A stretch of 48,892 bases of DNA from NCBI GenBank assembly GCA_048941015.1, contig JBHLNZ010000018.1, forward strand, positions 1-48,892, written 5' to 3'. Shown here piece by piece: positions 46,033 to 48,892 of this stretch; within the stretch, counting starts at the first letter, position 1, and each line of letters starts with the position of its first letter. Under the pieces are notes generated by a model that saw only the letters and a list, made by a program, of their open reading frames with translations, made no database searches and was not told where the DNA came from. This DNA comes from Promethearchaeota archaeon. Its GTDB lineage: Archaea > Asgardarchaeota > Lokiarchaeia > Sigyniarchaeales > SOKP01. The translations under genes and the position numbers were made by a program.

Positions 46033-47262
46033 TTAATACTTCAGTTTCTGCAATTTGTAAACTTTGTAAAAATTGCTTATCATTCCAATTATTATGGCAA
46101 CTATAATTAGAACAATTACCCAGAAATAAATAATATATGCAAGTGAGAATGGTTGTGATGCAGTTATAGGGGGCACGAGTCCTCCTGAAAACAATGAAAT
46201 TGGGAAGATCTCTGGTTGGTTTAAGAGATTTAAGAACAATGGGATATATACAGCACTATAGAATGCTACAACAAACAGCATTATTTGCTGTCCGGTAAAG
46301 TTTCTTACACCAATAGCTAATCGAGCTAAATCTATCAACCCTCCAACAAAAATAAACAAGCCAAAAAGCTTTAACCAATCAAGGAATGCTTGTTCAAATA
46401 ACCCTATGACAGAAAAGGGTTGAAAAATGAGAATTAATCCAAAAATTACTCCTGCAATGAATCCAAAAATTAATTCTCCTAGTGAAATTGGTTCTTTCTT
46501 CTTTAATTCTCTTCTTACTTTTGCTTCTTCCCTTCGAATTTTTGCTTGTTCTCGTCTTTCTTCTCTCCTGATCTCAGCTTTTACCATTCTTTCTTCATGA
46601 CGTACTTTTGCTTCTGCTATTTTCTCATGAGCACGTAATCGTGCTCCTTCTATCTTTTCTTTAGCTTTAGCTTTTGCCTCTGCTAAACTCTGCTTGGTGC
46701 GTAATTCCATTTCTTCTATTCTTTCCTGTGATAATGCTCGCATTGGAAATATAATAGCTAATCTTTTAGGTAAAATACCGAAATCCTCGGGAAGGAATCC
46801 TTCATGCGAAAAATATACAAAAATAGCAGTAATGACAACAACTAGGATTAAAAATCCTATCCAGATTCCACTTAATGCTCCTAAAATAGCATCTAATGGG
46901 TCTATAAATATCCGAAAAATCATTATGACAATATTAATTAATACTATGATTATAGAGAAAAATATTAGACTTCGAAGGTAAAATTCGAAAAGTTCTTCAG
47001 ATAAATAAAATTTGGGGGTACTTCTTTGCTTATATATTTTTGCAATACTCTGAGGAGTTCCCATTTGATTAATTGCTTGTTCTATATCATCAATATTTGG
47101 TTCTGCCCCATTAGCTATTAAACGTGCTTCATTCAGAATCTGGGCTTCTAAATCATCTAATACACTCTTAAGTTCTTCTTCCTTCCACTTTAGCCACTCA
47201 GGTAATTTACTTTTTACCTGTTCTAGGAATTCTTTTACGATATCACTACCTTGATAACTCAT
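46033..47262 (-). CDS. HAAS-like domain membrane protein (paralog of 44164..45174) with 11-residue-repeat helical insert
   Basis: KEF...VK..LP.WLK, AI..MGTP.SIAK.YK.R.TPK.Y, EG..PEDF, QPF shared with the paralog. Confidence 0.82.
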   Translation of the reverse strand: MSYQGSDIVKEFLEQVKSKLPEWLKWKEEELKSVLDDLEAQILNEARLIANGAEPNIDDIEQAINQMGTPQSIAKIYKQRSTPKFYLSEELFEFYLRSLIFFSIIIVLINIVIMIFRIFIDPLDAILGALSGIWIGFLILVVVITAIFVYFSHEGFLPEDFGILPKRLAIIFPMRALSQERIEEMELRTKQSLAEAKAKAKEKIEGARLRAHEKIAEAKVRHEERMVKAEIRREERREQAKIRREEAKVRRELKKKEPISLGELIFGFIAGVIFGLILIFQPFSVIGLFEQAFLDWLKLFGLFIFVGGLIDLARLAIGVRNFTGQQIMLFVVAFYSAVYIPLFLNLLNQPEIFPISLFSGGLVPPITASQPFSLAYIIYFWVIVLIIVAIIIGMISNFYKVYKLQKLKY

Positions 47263-47386
47263 TTTAGTTCTCCTATAAATATTAGTTAAAAGTTTTTTAT
47301 TTTAATTAAATTGATTATTTTAATTAAAAGAAAACCCTAATATTTTATTAAAAAATTGGAGACCAATTTTCGATTTTGAAGAAATT

Positions 47387-48802
47387 ATGGATTCAAAGAT
47401 AAGAAGAACTTATGGACTACATTTAACATCAATCGATATCTTTAATAAGTATATATTTCCTGAGATTAAACACAAATTATTAAATTACTTATGGATTGAT
47501 TTATATGCTGGTGAAGGAAATTTAATTTTACCTATTTTAGAGCAAATCAATAAAGAAGAAAGAATAAAATTTTTTAGAAATCATATTTTTTTATCTGACT
47601 CGCAAGAAAAGATGGTTAAGAAATGTATACGTGCAGCAGAAAGATATGGAATCCCTAAGGAAATTGCAGAAAAAAGGATTTTATTAAGAGATAATCTTAA
47701 AAGCTTTCCTCAGTTTTTAATTAGATCGGAATTTCCTATTTTTCATATAACAAATCCCCCTTATCTTTATCTTGGATATATTCGGAAACATACTGATACT
47801 CAAAAATATTATAAATTATTTAAAGATGAAAATAAGGGCTATCAAGATCTGTATCAAATAGCAATGATTAATGATTTTAGGAATGAAATTGAAAATTTAA
47901 TTTATATAATACCTTCCAATTTTCTATTTGGAGCCTCTATTTCGAATAAATTTCGCATGGATTTTTTAAAAAAATATAAAATTCTTAAGATGATTATATT
48001 TGAAACTAAAATATTTGAATTTACAGGAACAAATATTTGTATTGGTTTTTTTAAGAAAAAAAAGACTGCAAAAGTAGAAGATTTAAAATTTTCTGGAATT
48101 AAAATAAAGAAAGAAACTCAGATTACTACCAAGGATTATCATTTAAAACCCAAATATAAATATCGTGCTGGATTTGAATTTGATGAATTCTTAGAGAAAT
48201 TTAAAGTAGAATATCCTCTTAAGATTAAGTTTTATCTAATGAAGGAAGAAGTTTTAAAAAAAAACGGAAAGTTCGAAATTTTTGTAATTGATGCTAATCA
48301 ATACAGAAATAGTAAATACAAAAAATTAACACTTAAAGTTAATGAAGAATTAAAAAAGAAAATTGAATCAAATATATTATATGTGAGAACTGTTGATACA
48401 GGGTCTTATGATGGCAGAGTTGGCTTAAATCTAATTCAAGATGATTTTGGTGTTCAAGGTATATATGTTTCTTCAAATACCTATAGAACTCATCCAATCC
48501 AGATCTTTTTCAGAGATCAAATTTCTATAAATAATCAACTTTTATTGAAAAACTATTTCAATTTTGTACTAGAACACTTTAGAGATAAGTTAGATAGCGA
48601 ATTCTTAACAACTTATAAATATTCCAATGCAATATATACAAGAAAGTATCTTGGTTTAACCCAAGCCAAGAAGTTAATCGAAACATTTCCCTATAGAAAA
48701 TTAGAATCAAAAATAAGAAACAAGTTACATTTATTTATTCATCATAAGGATTTCAATAATGTGATTTCGCTGTTAAATACTTGCAAAAATGAAAGCTATT
48801 AA
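47387..48802 (+). CDS. N6-adenine DNA methyltransferase (gamma-class motif order)
   Basis: Motif I-like DLYAGEG precedes ITNPPY; DLY, IIP.NF motifs; C-terminal putative TRD. Confidence 0.82.
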   Translation: MDSKIRRTYGLHLTSIDIFNKYIFPEIKHKLLNYLWIDLYAGEGNLILPILEQINKEERIKFFRNHIFLSDSQEKMVKKCIRAAERYGIPKEIAEKRILLRDNLKSFPQFLIRSEFPIFHITNPPYLYLGYIRKHTDTQKYYKLFKDENKGYQDLYQIAMINDFRNEIENLIYIIPSNFLFGASISNKFRMDFLKKYKILKMIIFETKIFEFTGTNICIGFFKKKKTAKVEDLKFSGIKIKKETQITTKDYHLKPKYKYRAGFEFDEFLEKFKVEYPLKIKFYLMKEEVLKKNGKFEIFVIDANQYRNSKYKKLTLKVNEELKKKIESNILYVRTVDTGSYDGRVGLNLIQDDFGVQGIYVSSNTYRTHPIQIFFRDQISINNQLLLKNYFNFVLEHFRDKLDSEFLTTYKYSNAIYTRKYLGLTQAKKLIETFPYRKLESKIRNKLHLFIHHKDFNNVISLLNTCKNESY

Positions 48803-48892
48803 ACCAAGTAGACATCCAATTTTTAAGAGTAAACTAATTTTCTTAAAATCTTTTTGATTTAATGGGGTTTTTAACATTAAAATTACGGCATA
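48773..48892 (-). CDS. C-terminal fragment of a membrane protein, resembling UbiA-family prenyltransferase (DGGGP synthase-like)
   Basis: Manual translation YAVILMLKTPLNQKDFKKISLLLKIGCLLGLIAFIFASI*; S..LK....LGL.AF ending is typical of this family; 5' part lies outside the window. Confidence 0.5.
   Translation of the reverse strand, partial: YAVILMLKTPLNQKDFKKISLLLKIGCLLGLIAFIFASI

Noticed and set aside
1156-46981. Many 60-142 aa ORFs in the track overlapping longer genes (e.g. 2235..2549, 8715..8915, 14639..14914, 35317..35628, 39898..40200, 43986..44414, 46694..46981)
   Set aside because: Antisense or alternate-frame shadows of well-supported genes; no motifs or SD support.
1-48892. Selenocysteine (in-frame TGA) recoding or programmed frameshifts
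   Set aside because: No gene showed a conserved domain interrupted by TGA or split across frames; the truncated ORFs were explained by alternative start codons.

Overview
AT-rich, gene-dense archaeal chromosomal DNA, most consistent with an Asgard archaeon of the Lokiarchaeia type. Evidence: GGTGA/GGTGG Shine-Dalgarno motifs, archaeal AlaRS, DTD2, EndoQ, MptA, MptD and CofG/CofH, plus eukaryotic-signature proteins (Rab/Ras-like small GTPase, ubiquitin machinery). The standout locus (about 18.0-25.8 kb) is a complete ubiquitin-like conjugation cassette. It has two paralogous Ubl modifiers ending in a single-Gly 'IPASTAG' motif (one mature, one with a KLI pro-tail) and a third, membrane-tethered, non-conjugatable copy of the same Ubl. 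It also has a UBA2/UBA3-like E1, an E2 with loop insertions, an Rpn11/CSN5-like JAMM protease and a six-TM RING-type E3. A winged-helix regulator sits inside the locus, and a K[ST]P-bearing coiled-coil protein flanks it. A second block (25.8-40.5 kb) holds methanopterin/F420/riboflavin precursor genes, including an amidohydrolase translationally coupled to arfC-cofG-cofH that is a candidate for the archaeal pyrimidine deaminase step. Several genes appear to start at ATT/ATA/ATC codons. Two small genes and two edge-truncated genes are missing from the supplied ORF track. No rRNA, tRNA, CRISPR array or mobile element was seen. All calls come from motif recognition by eye; no database searches were run.
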